Shown here: positions 1-8,519 of the stretch, in pieces
Layout of the letters: every line of letters starts with the position of its first letter
Position numbering within the stretch: the first letter of the stretch is position 1
Assembly (NCBI GenBank): GCA_018365995.1
Contig: JAGZIY010000003.1
Coordinates: 58,146 to 122,145, forward strand
Reading direction: 5' to 3'
DNA: 64,000 nt
Origin: Butyricicoccus pullicaecorum
GTDB lineage: Bacteria; Bacillota; Clostridia; Oscillospirales; Butyricicoccaceae
The notes under the pieces: model-generated
What the model was told of the DNA's origin: nothing
Databases searched by the model: none
What the model saw: the letters and a program-made list of their open reading frames with translations, nothing else
Translations under genes and position numbers: made by a program

Positions 1-1
1 A

Positions 2-184
2 CCTGTGGATTTGGATTGGCTGCGCACAGAAAAGGAAAATACAGCGTTGCAAATTAACGAACTCTTGCTGCGTGAGCTTGCGCAAAAGGGTCATAGCTGT
101 AAAATCTGCCATGCACCGATGCCGCTTGATTCGCATTATCGGATCTGTTATAAATGTATGAAGAAGAAAAAACAGCAGCCATAA
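2..184 (+). CDS. 3' end of a gene that starts upstream of the window (partial); C-terminal Cys4 zinc-ribbon-like tail followed by a Lys-rich end
   Basis: Open frame runs from the window edge to a TAA at 182-184. The translation ends ...GHSCKICHAPMPLDSHYRICYKCMKKKKQQP, with two CxxC pairs. Confidence 0.4.
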   Translation, partial: PVDLDWLRTEKENTALQINELLLRELAQKGHSCKICHAPMPLDSHYRICYKCMKKKKQQP

Positions 185-230
185 ATTGTCAGAACTGTTA
201 TAGGACGCATAAATTGTCATAAAAAATTTG

Positions 231-259
231 TTGACATTGCCGGGTATTCGCAGTATAGT
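231..259 (+). promoter_or_regulatory. sigma-A-type promoter for the phosphodiesterase gene (TTGACA, 17 nt spacer, TATAGT)
   Basis: TTGACA at 231-236, 17-nt spacer, TATAGT at 254-259, about 55 nt upstream of the ATG at 313. An 11-bp direct repeat ATAAATTGTCA lies at 181-191 and 209-219, upstream of the -35. Confidence 0.5.
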
Positions 260-312
260 GAAGCAGAGAAAGTGTGCGGTGCGTTCTGACCGCGGGAGAA
301 AAGGAGAACACC

Positions 313-1116
313 ATGAAAAAGCAGTATACCGGTCCTTGGAGAATGGCACATCGCGGTGTTTGTCAGGCTGCGCCGGAGAACACGCTTGAGGCTTTTCGTG
401 CTGCATATCGTACTGGAATTGAAGGTGTGGAAATTGATATCCGCATGACACGTGATGGTGTCATTGTGATTCACCACGATGCAACTTTGGAGCGTATGAG
501 TCAGGGTTCCAATATGCCATGCTCCAAACCAATTGAACAGTGTATTTGGAAAGAACTCGAGACCTTGGACATCTCTTATGCAAATCATTTGCTGGGTCAG
601 GAGGATGCTGCGGATACGCGCACAGCAAAGCTGATACGGTTATCTGATTTGTTTGACTGGGTGCACGACTTAACACGCAGAATCATTCTGGAAATTGAAT
701 ATAAGGCTTCGGGAATGATGCCGGAACTTTGCAGATTGCTGCAAGCTTTTGATAAGAGGAATGACTGTGTTATTTTTGCCAGCGACCCAGCACTCATTAC
801 AGAAATACAACAATATGTGAAGACCTATGGCGTGCCCGAAGGTGTGAAGCTGGGTGCGAATATCGGGCGGCTGACCCCTGAATGGAAAGAACGGATTCCA
901 CAAATGCAGTTATTTGAAATTGGATTGAATATCGATGCCTTGGAGCGCGAGGATATTGCGTGGCTGCGTGCACATAATCTGATGGTATTTGCAAATCTTG
1001 GAGACACGCCGGAAGGTTGGAAAAAGATTTGTACAAGGGGCTTGACCGGATTCAAGACCGATGATACGGCGGCATTTATCGCATGGTGGGAGAACTGGAA
1101 ATCAAATTCGATGTGA
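313..1116 (+). CDS. glycerophosphodiester phosphodiesterase family protein
   Basis: RBS AAGGAGAA 8 nt before the ATG at 313. The N-terminal HRG...PENTLEAF...GVEIDIRMTRDGVIVIHHD motif is typical of GDPD (GlpQ/UgpQ-like) enzymes. Confidence 0.8.
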   Translation: MKKQYTGPWRMAHRGVCQAAPENTLEAFRAAYRTGIEGVEIDIRMTRDGVIVIHHDATLERMSQGSNMPCSKPIEQCIWKELETLDISYANHLLGQEDAADTRTAKLIRLSDLFDWVHDLTRRIILEIEYKASGMMPELCRLLQAFDKRNDCVIFASDPALITEIQQYVKTYGVPEGVKLGANIGRLTPEWKERIPQMQLFEIGLNIDALEREDIAWLRAHNLMVFANLGDTPEGWKKICTRGLTGFKTDDTAAFIAWWENWKSNSM

Positions 1117-1186
1117 ACAGACAGACCGCGCCTTTGCAGCCGAGGCAGTCTAAGATTTGTCCATTGCGGCATGGCAGTGTCATAAA

Positions 1187-1239
1187 AATACCTCCTAAAT
1201 AGATTCTTATTCTATCTATTTAGGAGGTATTCTATCATT
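1187..1239. terminator. bidirectional intrinsic terminator between convergent genes
   Basis: Perfect 17-bp inverted repeat AATACCTCCTAAATAGA / TCTATTTAGGAGGTATT with a 7-nt loop, flanked by an A-run upstream and a T-run downstream. It sits between the + strand gene ending at 1116 and the - strand gene ending at 1310. Confidence 0.75.
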
Positions 1240-1309
1240 TTTTAGCAGTTCTGTGATTGCCTTTGTTCCCTGCTGGTGGAATCAGTTTATTGTAACAAAA
1301 CAGAGGGGG

Positions 1310-3121
1310 TTATGATGCACATTCTGTAAGCAAGGATTCAAGTTCGGAAACGAGCTGGTCAAATAGCTTCAGGGCATCATTTACAGGTGCAGGAGATGCC
1401 ATATCAACACCTGCACCGCGCAGAAGCGAAACGGGATCCTCTGAGCAGCCCTTGGAGAGGAAGGAAAGATAGTCCTGTACAGCCGGTTCCCCTTCCTTTT
1501 GGATACGCTGAGAGAGTGCAATGGCAGCGGCATAACCAGTTGCATACTGATAAACATAGAAATTGTAATAGAAATGAGGGATTCTTGCCCATTCCAATGC
1601 AACTTCTGGGTCGAGTACGATATCGTCTCCGTAATAATCATGGTTGAGCGCTTGATACTTGGCAGACAGTCCTTCTGCGGTCAACGGCTGTCCCTTTCGG
1701 GTCTGTTCACTGCACCAAAGCTCGAATTCTGCAAACATTGTTTGCCGATACAAAGTCGCGCGGAACTGTTCCAGAAAATAGTTGATAAGGTATGCACGGC
1801 GGCGCTTATCAGTCGTTTGCCCCAACAGATGCTGCATGAGAAGGGATTCATTGCAGGTCGATGCAACCTCTGCAACAAAAATTACATAGCCTGCATAGGT
1901 GACACTCTGATTTTTATTGGACAGATAGGAATGCAGGGCGTGTCCCATTTCGTGCACAAGAGTAAATACATCATTTAGCGTATCGGTATAGTTGAGCAGC
2001 ACATAGGGGTGAGAGTCGTATGGTCCGGCAGAATATGCACCAGAGCGCTTGCCTTGATTTTCGTAGACATCGATCCAATGGTTTTGAAAGCCTTCATTCA
2101 ACATGCGCTGATATTCCTCACCAAGCGGCATCAGAGCTTCACGTGCCATCTGCTTGGCGGCTTCATAGTCGATCTGAACGTCTTGGTCGGCAACGATTGG
2201 GGTATAGAGATCGTAGAAATGCAGTTCATTGACACCAAGCAGCTTTTTGCGCAGCTTGACATAGCGGTGCATTGCCGGAAGATTTTGCCGTACAGAAGCA
2301 ATCAGGTTGTGATAGATTTCCACTGGGACTTCAGTGCTGTTCAGCGCGGCGTGCAGGGCAGATTCGTAGCGACGAGCATTTGCAAAAAATTGCAGCTGCT
2401 GCATCTGTGCGCTCAAGATCGCAGAGGAGGTGTTTCGAAACTGCTGATATACATGGTAAAGTGATTGAAAAGCATTTTTGCGCAGTGTGCGGTCGGTCGA
2501 TTGCAGAAGTGGAATGAAAGTACCGTGTGTAACCGGATGTGGCTGTCCGTTTTGGTCGAGTGCGTCAGGAAACTGCATGTCTGCATCATTGAGCAGAGAA
2601 AAAATTTCATCAGGAGCCTGACTGAGCTGACCTGCAGAGGCAAGCAGTGCCTCACATTCGGGAGACAGCGTGTGCGCACGCTGGCGGCGAATACGGTCGA
2701 GTTGTAAACGGTAGTGGGTGAGTTTGGGACAGGCAGCATAAAAATCATGCAGCACATCATCAGGAATTGCCAAAAGTTCTGGCGTAGAAAAAGCGTCTGC
2801 CTGATTGACGGCGACAGCGAGATTGGTAAACTGTGTGGTCATTTCCTGATAGACTGCATTGCGGGTATCTTCATCGCTTTTACGCTGGGCATAGTTTGCA
2901 AGGGCATCAAGCTGACGCCCCAGACGATCACCGAGTTCTAAATAGGACAGCAGCGTGTCTGCGCTGTCAGAGAGATGTCCATCGTAACCACGCAAAGAAT
3001 CGATAGAGTCCCTGACCTTGGCATAGCAGCTGTGCCAGTCTGCATCGCTGGGAAAAATATCGGCTAATGTCCACTGATACTGTGGATCACAGGCGCTGCG
3101 GACAGGAATAGATTTTGACAT
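1310..3121 (-). CDS. pepF: oligoendopeptidase F (M3B metallopeptidase)
   Basis: HEMGH zinc-binding motif. About 600 aa with overall M3-family architecture. The start MSKSIP is preceded by a GGAGG RBS (revcomp of 3127-3135). The upstream in-frame Met at 3214 was rejected for lacking an RBS. Confidence 0.85.
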   Translation of the reverse strand: MSKSIPVRSACDPQYQWTLADIFPSDADWHSCYAKVRDSIDSLRGYDGHLSDSADTLLSYLELGDRLGRQLDALANYAQRKSDEDTRNAVYQEMTTQFTNLAVAVNQADAFSTPELLAIPDDVLHDFYAACPKLTHYRLQLDRIRRQRAHTLSPECEALLASAGQLSQAPDEIFSLLNDADMQFPDALDQNGQPHPVTHGTFIPLLQSTDRTLRKNAFQSLYHVYQQFRNTSSAILSAQMQQLQFFANARRYESALHAALNSTEVPVEIYHNLIASVRQNLPAMHRYVKLRKKLLGVNELHFYDLYTPIVADQDVQIDYEAAKQMAREALMPLGEEYQRMLNEGFQNHWIDVYENQGKRSGAYSAGPYDSHPYVLLNYTDTLNDVFTLVHEMGHALHSYLSNKNQSVTYAGYVIFVAEVASTCNESLLMQHLLGQTTDKRRRAYLINYFLEQFRATLYRQTMFAEFELWCSEQTRKGQPLTAEGLSAKYQALNHDYYGDDIVLDPEVALEWARIPHFYYNFYVYQYATGYAAAIALSQRIQKEGEPAVQDYLSFLSKGCSEDPVSLLRGAGVDMASPAPVNDALKLFDQLVSELESLLTECAS

Positions 3122-3527
3122 GAAATATCTCCTCGCTTTCAAGGTAACTTTGTGGCGTTTATCGTATGTGCGAAATCGTAAGACAACTCTAACATGGATA
3201 CAAGAGATTGTCAAACACTGAACAGTATGGGGTGGAAATTGCTTATAGTATGACCCGCACCATAGAAATGGTATACTGTGAAATGATACGAATTGCGTAA
3301 GATTTAGCGCTTGTTTTTGGAATAGAATAAATAATATTGCTAAAAAATGTATATATATTCAAAATATACCCATACAAAGTGATGAAAAAGCACATAAATA
3401 TAACAAAAAATAGTGATATCAGCAGCAAATAATGAGCAAGATATGGGATAGGGATTGCAAAAAAGACCAGAACATATTATACTAAAATAAATGATGAAAG
3501 AAAGTGAATGTGAAAGGAGTCCCCTGA

Positions 3528-5042
3528 ATGAGAGGCGTTTATACGAGTATCAATGATATTCGTCGTCGTGTGTATACTGAAATTGCACGTATGGCGTATG
3601 AAGGTGAAGACTATGTAAAAAGACTGGAGGCACTGCCTTATGAGATCCTGCCGGGAGAGCGTGCGTCCTATCGTGAAAGTATTTTCTTAGAGCGTGCAAT
3701 CATTGGTGAACGTCTGCGCTTGGCAATGGGTATGCCGGTGCGCACAGCAGCAGCAGATGCACCGATTTCCGATGGAATTGAGCACAGCGCAACCAGTGAG
3801 CAGTATTATGAACCGCCTCTTATTAACATTATTAAGTTTGCTTGTCATGCGTGTCCGGAAAAGCATATCATTGTAACAGAGGGCTGTCAGGGCTGCTTGG
3901 CTCATCCCTGCACGGAGGTGTGTCCGAAAGATGCAATCCATATCATCAATGGCCGGTCGGTCATTGATCAGGAAAAGTGTATCCGCTGCGGTCGTTGCCA
4001 AGATGTTTGCCCATACAGCGCAATCATTAAGCAGGAGCGGCCCTGCGCAAAGGCTTGTGGTATCAATGCCATAAAATCTGATGCATATGGTCGTGCAGAA
4101 ATCGACTATGATAAGTGCGTTTCCTGTGGTATGTGTCTGGTAAATTGCCCGTTTGGTGCGATTGCAGACAAGGCACAGATTTTCCAGCTTATTCAGTCTA
4201 TGAAGCAGGGAACACCGGTTTATGCAGCGGTAGCGCCTGCGTTTGTTGGTCAGTTTGGTCCCAAGGTTACACCAGAAAAGCTGCGTGCGGCAATGAAAGC
4301 ACTGGGCTTTACCGATGTGGTTGAGGTCGCTGTGGGTGCAGACCTCTGTGCAACGCAGGAGGCAATGGACTTTTTGGAGCATGTACCGGAAAAAATCCCG
4401 TTTATGGCAACCTCTTGTTGTCCGGCTTGGTCAATGATGGCAAAGCAGGAGTTCCCAGAACTCAAGGATTGCGTTTCCATGTCCCTGACACCGATGGTTT
4501 TGACTGCTCGTTTGATCAAGAAGCAGCATCCGGAAGCAAAGGTTGTATTTATTGGACCTTGTGCAGCAAAGAAGCTTGAGGCAAGACGCCGTACGGTACG
4601 CAGTGAGGTGGACTTTGTTTTGACCTTTGAGGAAATGATGGGTCTATTCCATGCGAAAAATATCAATTTGGAAGAAATTGAGGCAGAAGAGATCCTTTCT
4701 GAGGCAAGTACCGATGGTCGTAATTTTGCAGTCAGCGGCGGCGTTGCCAAGGCTGTGGTCAACAGCATGAAGAAGCTGGAACCAGAATGTGAGATTCCAG
4801 TTGCAAGTGCACAAGGACTTGCAGAATGTAAGAAGCTTATGATGATGGCAAAGGCTGGAAAGTATAATGGTTACCTGCTGGAAGGTATGGCGTGTCCCGG
4901 CGGCTGTGTTGCCGGTGCGGGTACGATGCAGCCGATTGCAAAATCAGCTGCGGCAGTGGGTATGTATGCAAAGAAAGCGCCTGTAGAAATTTGCTGCGAA
5001 ACTCCTTATATTGATGTTTTAGATGACCTCATTGAGGGATAA
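3528..5042 (+). CDS. [FeFe]-hydrogenase catalytic subunit with two ferredoxin-type [4Fe-4S] motifs and an uncharacterised N-terminal domain of about 70 aa
   Basis: All three H-cluster signature motifs are present: TSCCPAW (L1), GPCAAKKLE (L2) and MACPGGCVAGAG (L3). Two CxxCxxCxxxCP ferredoxin motifs lie N-terminal of the H-domain. RBS GAAAGGAG. Confidence 0.8.
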   Translation: MRGVYTSINDIRRRVYTEIARMAYEGEDYVKRLEALPYEILPGERASYRESIFLERAIIGERLRLAMGMPVRTAAADAPISDGIEHSATSEQYYEPPLINIIKFACHACPEKHIIVTEGCQGCLAHPCTEVCPKDAIHIINGRSVIDQEKCIRCGRCQDVCPYSAIIKQERPCAKACGINAIKSDAYGRAEIDYDKCVSCGMCLVNCPFGAIADKAQIFQLIQSMKQGTPVYAAVAPAFVGQFGPKVTPEKLRAAMKALGFTDVVEVAVGADLCATQEAMDFLEHVPEKIPFMATSCCPAWSMMAKQEFPELKDCVSMSLTPMVLTARLIKKQHPEAKVVFIGPCAAKKLEARRRTVRSEVDFVLTFEEMMGLFHAKNINLEEIEAEEILSEASTDGRNFAVSGGVAKAVVNSMKKLEPECEIPVASAQGLAECKKLMMMAKAGKYNGYLLEGMACPGGCVAGAGTMQPIAKSAAAVGMYAKKAPVEICCETPYIDVLDDLIEG

Positions 5043-5056
5043 AACTTAATAGAGCG

Positions 5057-5092
5057 ACAGTACAGCCTTTATAAAAGGCTGTACTGTTTTTT
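5057..5092 (+). terminator. intrinsic terminator (first of two in tandem) after the hydrogenase gene
   Basis: 15-bp stem ACAGTACAGCCTTTT / AAAAGGCTGTACTGT followed by TTTTTT. Confidence 0.8.
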
Positions 5093-5095
5093 ATA

Positions 5096-5128
5096 GCCTG
5101 CAATTTTTACGATTGCAGGCAGTTTTTT
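5096..5128 (+). terminator. second tandem intrinsic terminator
   Basis: Stem GCCTGCAAT / ATTGCAGGC followed by TTTTTTG. Confidence 0.65.
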
Positions 5129-5204
5129 GTCAAGGTGATTCGGTCACAGAACGAGAGAAAAGTTTTTGATATATTAGAGAAGAAATCAAGGGGAGGTGTA
5201 GAGT

Positions 5205-5402
5205 ATGAAGCGTTATGCGTTTGTGGATACCAGTTTGTGTGTATCCTGTGGAGCCTGTATGAAGATATGCCCGCGCGGAGCAATTTCCATTCCAACCGGT
5301 ATTTATGCACAGGTGAACCGTGACGCCTGTATTGGCTGTGGATTGTGTGCAAAAACCTGTCCGGCAACGGTGATTACAATGATGCAGGAGGAAAAGATAT
5401 GA
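5205..5402 (+). CDS. 2x[4Fe-4S] ferredoxin (65 aa)
   Basis: Two CxxCxxCxxxCP motifs (CVSCGACMKICP, CIGCGLCAKTCP). RBS AGGGGAGG. Its stop overlaps the next start (ATGA), indicating translational coupling. Confidence 0.75.
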   Translation: MKRYAFVDTSLCVSCGACMKICPRGAISIPTGIYAQVNRDACIGCGLCAKTCPATVITMMQEEKI

Positions 5403-5983
5403 AAAAGCGAAAAAAATGGTATGATTATTTGTGGATCCTATCAGCTGCTTATTTGATTTTGGGGTTTTTCAATATTTTATTTGCATGGCTGGGGTTGATT
5501 TGCTTCTTTGTACCACTAGGGATTGCCCTTGTAAAGGGCAATAAAAGTTATTGTAATCGCTATTGTGGACGGGGACAGCTATTTGAGTTGCTCGGCGGAA
5601 AATTTGGGCTGTCCCGCAACAAGCCTGTGCCGAATTTTTTAAAGCAAAAGTGGTTCCGTTACGCATTTCTCACCTTCTTCATGGCAATGTTTGCAAATAT
5701 GTTGTTTACAACCTATTTGGTATTTGCCAATGCCTCTGGTCTGCGCGAGGTTGTCACCTTACTCTGGACATTCCGTTTGCCATGGCATTTTGCAGCATCC
5801 AGCACAGCGTTGGTAGCCCCATGGATTGCACAGTTTGCCTTCGGATTTTATAGCGTGATGCTGACCTCAACGGTACTGGGACTTATAACAATGTTTCTGT
5901 TTAAGCCACGCTCATGGTGCGTATACTGTCCAATGGGGACAATGACACAAGGGATTTGTCAGCTCAAAAATAAAAAATCGTAA
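5399..5983 (+). CDS. polytopic membrane protein with two C-x3-CP/CxxC motifs (NapH/MauN-like 4Fe-4S membrane protein fold is a guess)
   Basis: Hydrophobic helices with CNRYCGRG and WCVYCPMG motifs. RBS GGAGGAAAAG. Coupled to the upstream ferredoxin. Confidence 0.55.
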   Translation: MKKRKKWYDYLWILSAAYLILGFFNILFAWLGLICFFVPLGIALVKGNKSYCNRYCGRGQLFELLGGKFGLSRNKPVPNFLKQKWFRYAFLTFFMAMFANMLFTTYLVFANASGLREVVTLLWTFRLPWHFAASSTALVAPWIAQFAFGFYSVMLTSTVLGLITMFLFKPRSWCVYCPMGTMTQGICQLKNKKS

Positions 5984-6233
5984 ATTGCAGGGGATAAAGG
6001 AATTTCATTCCTAGTGGTCTCTGAATTCGCGCCGCGAGTACGGATATATGATGAAATCTAAAGCAGGTGCTCTTGGGTTTTGCAATTTTACAGTCGTTTC
6101 GCATGGAAATCAAATAGCAGGGAGACCTTTGTAGTGAGATGAAAATTTTTAATTTCGTTATATTTACAACGTAGTATTGGCGCAGCTTCCCGTATAATCA
6201 GTGTAGCGATTGTACGAGAAAGGAAGTTTTTAT

Positions 6234-7856
6234 ATGAGTTCTAAAATGTTTTGCTATCAATGTCAGGAGACTGCCGGCTGCACAGGCTGTACACATACAG
6301 GCGTATGTGGAAAGAAAGCCGAGACTGCAAATTTGCAGGATCTGCTGATATATGTAACAAGAGAACTGTGCAGTGTATTGACAAAGCTGCGCACAGCCGG
6401 TCAGTCGATTTCGGATGCTGTCAATTTTTTGGTGACAGAAAATCTATTTGTTACCATTACCAATGCAAATTTTGACGATGAAAGAATCAGACAGCGTGTG
6501 TGGCAGACGATTGCGCACACAACGGAGCTGGCAAAGGGGATTGCAGATGCACCTGCCTTTTGGGATGGCTCGGGAAACTGGCAGGAAAAGGCAAAGGCAG
6601 TTGGCGTTTTAGAGACAGCGGATGCCGATGTACGCAGTCTGCGTGAACTGATTACGTATGGACTCAAGGGAATGGCGGCATACAATCATCATATCCATGC
6701 CTTTGGAAAGCATCACGACGAGATAGATGCTTTTTTGCAGCAAGCGCTGGCAAAAACAAGAGATGACAGTCTGGATGTGGATGCACTGATTGCCCTCTGT
6801 ATGCAGACCGGTCAATATGGGGTATCAGTCATGGCAGCACTGGATGAGGCAAACACAAGCGCTTATGGCAATCCGCAAATCACAAGGGTAAAACTGGGCG
6901 TGCGCAGCAATCCGGCAATCCTGATTTCTGGTCATGATTTGCATGATTTGGAAATGCTGCTCAAGCAGACAGAGGGTACTGGTGTGGATGTGTATACCCA
7001 CTCGGAAATGCTGCCCGCACATTATTATCCGGCATTTCAGAAGTATTCGCATTTTGTGGGCAATTATGGAAATGCGTGGTGGAAACAGAAGGAAGAATTT
7101 CAGTCTTTTCGTGGACCGGTGCTGCTCACCACCAATTGTCTGGTGCCGCCAGAGGAAAGCTACAAGGAGCGCATTTATACAACAGGTGCGGTTGGGTTTG
7201 CAGGCTGTAAACATATTGATGCAGATGCCGAGGGCTATAAGGATTTTTCTGCGCTGATTGCACATGCAAAGCAGTGTGCACCACCAATCGAACTGGAGAC
7301 CGGTGAAATCGTGGGAGGCTTTGCCCACAATCAGGTGTTGGCGCTGGCAGACAAGGTGATAGATGCAGTCAAGAGCGGTGCGATTCGCAGATTTGTGGTA
7401 ATGGCAGGCTGCGATGGACGTGCAAAGAGTCGGAATTACTACACCGACTTTGCAAAGGCTTTGCCCAAAGATACCGTCATTTTGACAGCAGGCTGTGCAA
7501 AATATAAGTACAATAAGTTAAATCTGGGAGAAATCAACGGGATTCCGCGTGTATTAGATGCGGGGCAGTGCAACGATTCGTATTCTCTGGCGGTTATTGC
7601 GCTCAAGCTGAAAGAGGTCTTTGGGCTGGAGAATATCAATGATTTGCCAATCGTCTATAATATCGCTTGGTATGAGCAAAAAGCGGTTATCGTTTTGCTT
7701 GCACTTCTATACTTGGGAGTCAAGAATATCCATTTGGGGCCGACGCTGCCAGCGTTCCTTTCTCCAAATGTTGCAAAGGTTCTTGTGGAGAATTTTGGGA
7801 TTGCCGGCATTGGGACGGTGGAAGATGATATCGATCTGCTTGTTGGGGAGGTGTAA
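6234..7856 (+). CDS. hcp: hydroxylamine reductase / hybrid-cluster protein
   Basis: N-terminal MFCYQCQET...CTGCT...GVCGK cysteine cluster and a length of about 540 aa are diagnostic of Hcp. The ATG at 6234 has an AAAGGAAG RBS; the listed ORF start at 6210 is an upstream TTG. Confidence 0.9.
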   Translation: MSSKMFCYQCQETAGCTGCTHTGVCGKKAETANLQDLLIYVTRELCSVLTKLRTAGQSISDAVNFLVTENLFVTITNANFDDERIRQRVWQTIAHTTELAKGIADAPAFWDGSGNWQEKAKAVGVLETADADVRSLRELITYGLKGMAAYNHHIHAFGKHHDEIDAFLQQALAKTRDDSLDVDALIALCMQTGQYGVSVMAALDEANTSAYGNPQITRVKLGVRSNPAILISGHDLHDLEMLLKQTEGTGVDVYTHSEMLPAHYYPAFQKYSHFVGNYGNAWWKQKEEFQSFRGPVLLTTNCLVPPEESYKERIYTTGAVGFAGCKHIDADAEGYKDFSALIAHAKQCAPPIELETGEIVGGFAHNQVLALADKVIDAVKSGAIRRFVVMAGCDGRAKSRNYYTDFAKALPKDTVILTAGCAKYKYNKLNLGEINGIPRVLDAGQCNDSYSLAVIALKLKEVFGLENINDLPIVYNIAWYEQKAVIVLLALLYLGVKNIHLGPTLPAFLSPNVAKVLVENFGIAGIGTVEDDIDLLVGEV

Positions 7857-7859
7857 GGT

Positions 7860-8360
7860 ATGTTGATAGAGGCATTGCTCGAAGAACATGAGGAAATTTC
7901 TCGTTTTTGCGAGCGTTTGGAGCGCAGATGTATTGCTCTCATGGAGGAAAATGAATTTGATGTGTATGCGTTTCGGACAGATATTGCATTTATCCGTTCC
8001 TATGCAGATGCACGTCACCACAAAAAAGAGGAAGTTCTACTGTTTCAGGCGATGCTGGACGAACTTGGAGCGGTGGCAGTGCCCTCTGTGAAAAATGGTA
8101 TGCTGGTAGAGCATAATATGGGCAGGCTGTATGTCATGCAGCTGGAGCGTGCGGTAGAAAACTACGCAACTACGTGCACGCCGGAAAATAAGCTGGATAT
8201 CCTGACACAGGCGATGGGATATGTCCATTTGATTCGCACACATATTGATAAGGAAAATCACGCGCTGTATCCTTTTGCGAAGCGCTCTTTATCGCCCGAG
8301 ACGCTGCAAAGGCTTGATGCACAGTATGCGTCGGATTGGGCGCCCAATGAACAGAAATAA
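7860..8360 (+). CDS. hemerythrin-like (HHE cation-binding domain) protein
   Basis: Helical 166-aa protein with conserved His/Glu spacing (HEEISRFC...H, HHKKEE, HN...). It starts 4 nt after the hcp stop with RBS GGGGAGG. Hemerythrin-like genes are common hcp partners. Confidence 0.65.
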   Translation: MLIEALLEEHEEISRFCERLERRCIALMEENEFDVYAFRTDIAFIRSYADARHHKKEEVLLFQAMLDELGAVAVPSVKNGMLVEHNMGRLYVMQLERAVENYATTCTPENKLDILTQAMGYVHLIRTHIDKENHALYPFAKRSLSPETLQRLDAQYASDWAPNEQK

Positions 8361-8377
8361 AAACAAGCCAAACACAT

Positions 8378-8422
8378 GAAAATGCCCGAAACTGCTCGTG
8401 TATGTGCAGTTTCGGGCATTCT
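8378..8422. terminator. terminator-like hairpin between convergent hemerythrin and transporter genes
   Basis: 12-bp stem GCCCGAAACTGC / GCAGTTTCGGGC with a 9-nt loop. The flanking runs are weak, so it is possibly bidirectional. Confidence 0.55.
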
Positions 8423-8519
8423 ATGTTCAGATTCCAAATAGAATAGACGGAAATCTGTTTTTGCTTGTGAAAGCTGTGGTGCGCATATCAGCAGCGGAAT
8501 TGATGCACAGGATAGGATA

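Noticed and set aside
3528-5042. Sensory (group C) hydrogenase or NADH-dependent bifurcating hydrogenase assignment
   Set aside because: There is no C-terminal PAS or phosphatase domain. No NuoE/NuoF-like partner genes are adjacent. Only a small ferredoxin and a membrane protein follow, so it is kept as a generic monomeric [FeFe]-hydrogenase.
6000-6233. Crp/Fnr-type (HcpR/NsrR) operator upstream of hcp
   Set aside because: Only AT-rich pseudo-palindromes (GAAAATT..AATTTC) are present, with no clean TTGAT-N4-ATCAA or GTAAC/GTTAC type site, and no adjacent regulator gene. It cannot be supported from sequence alone.
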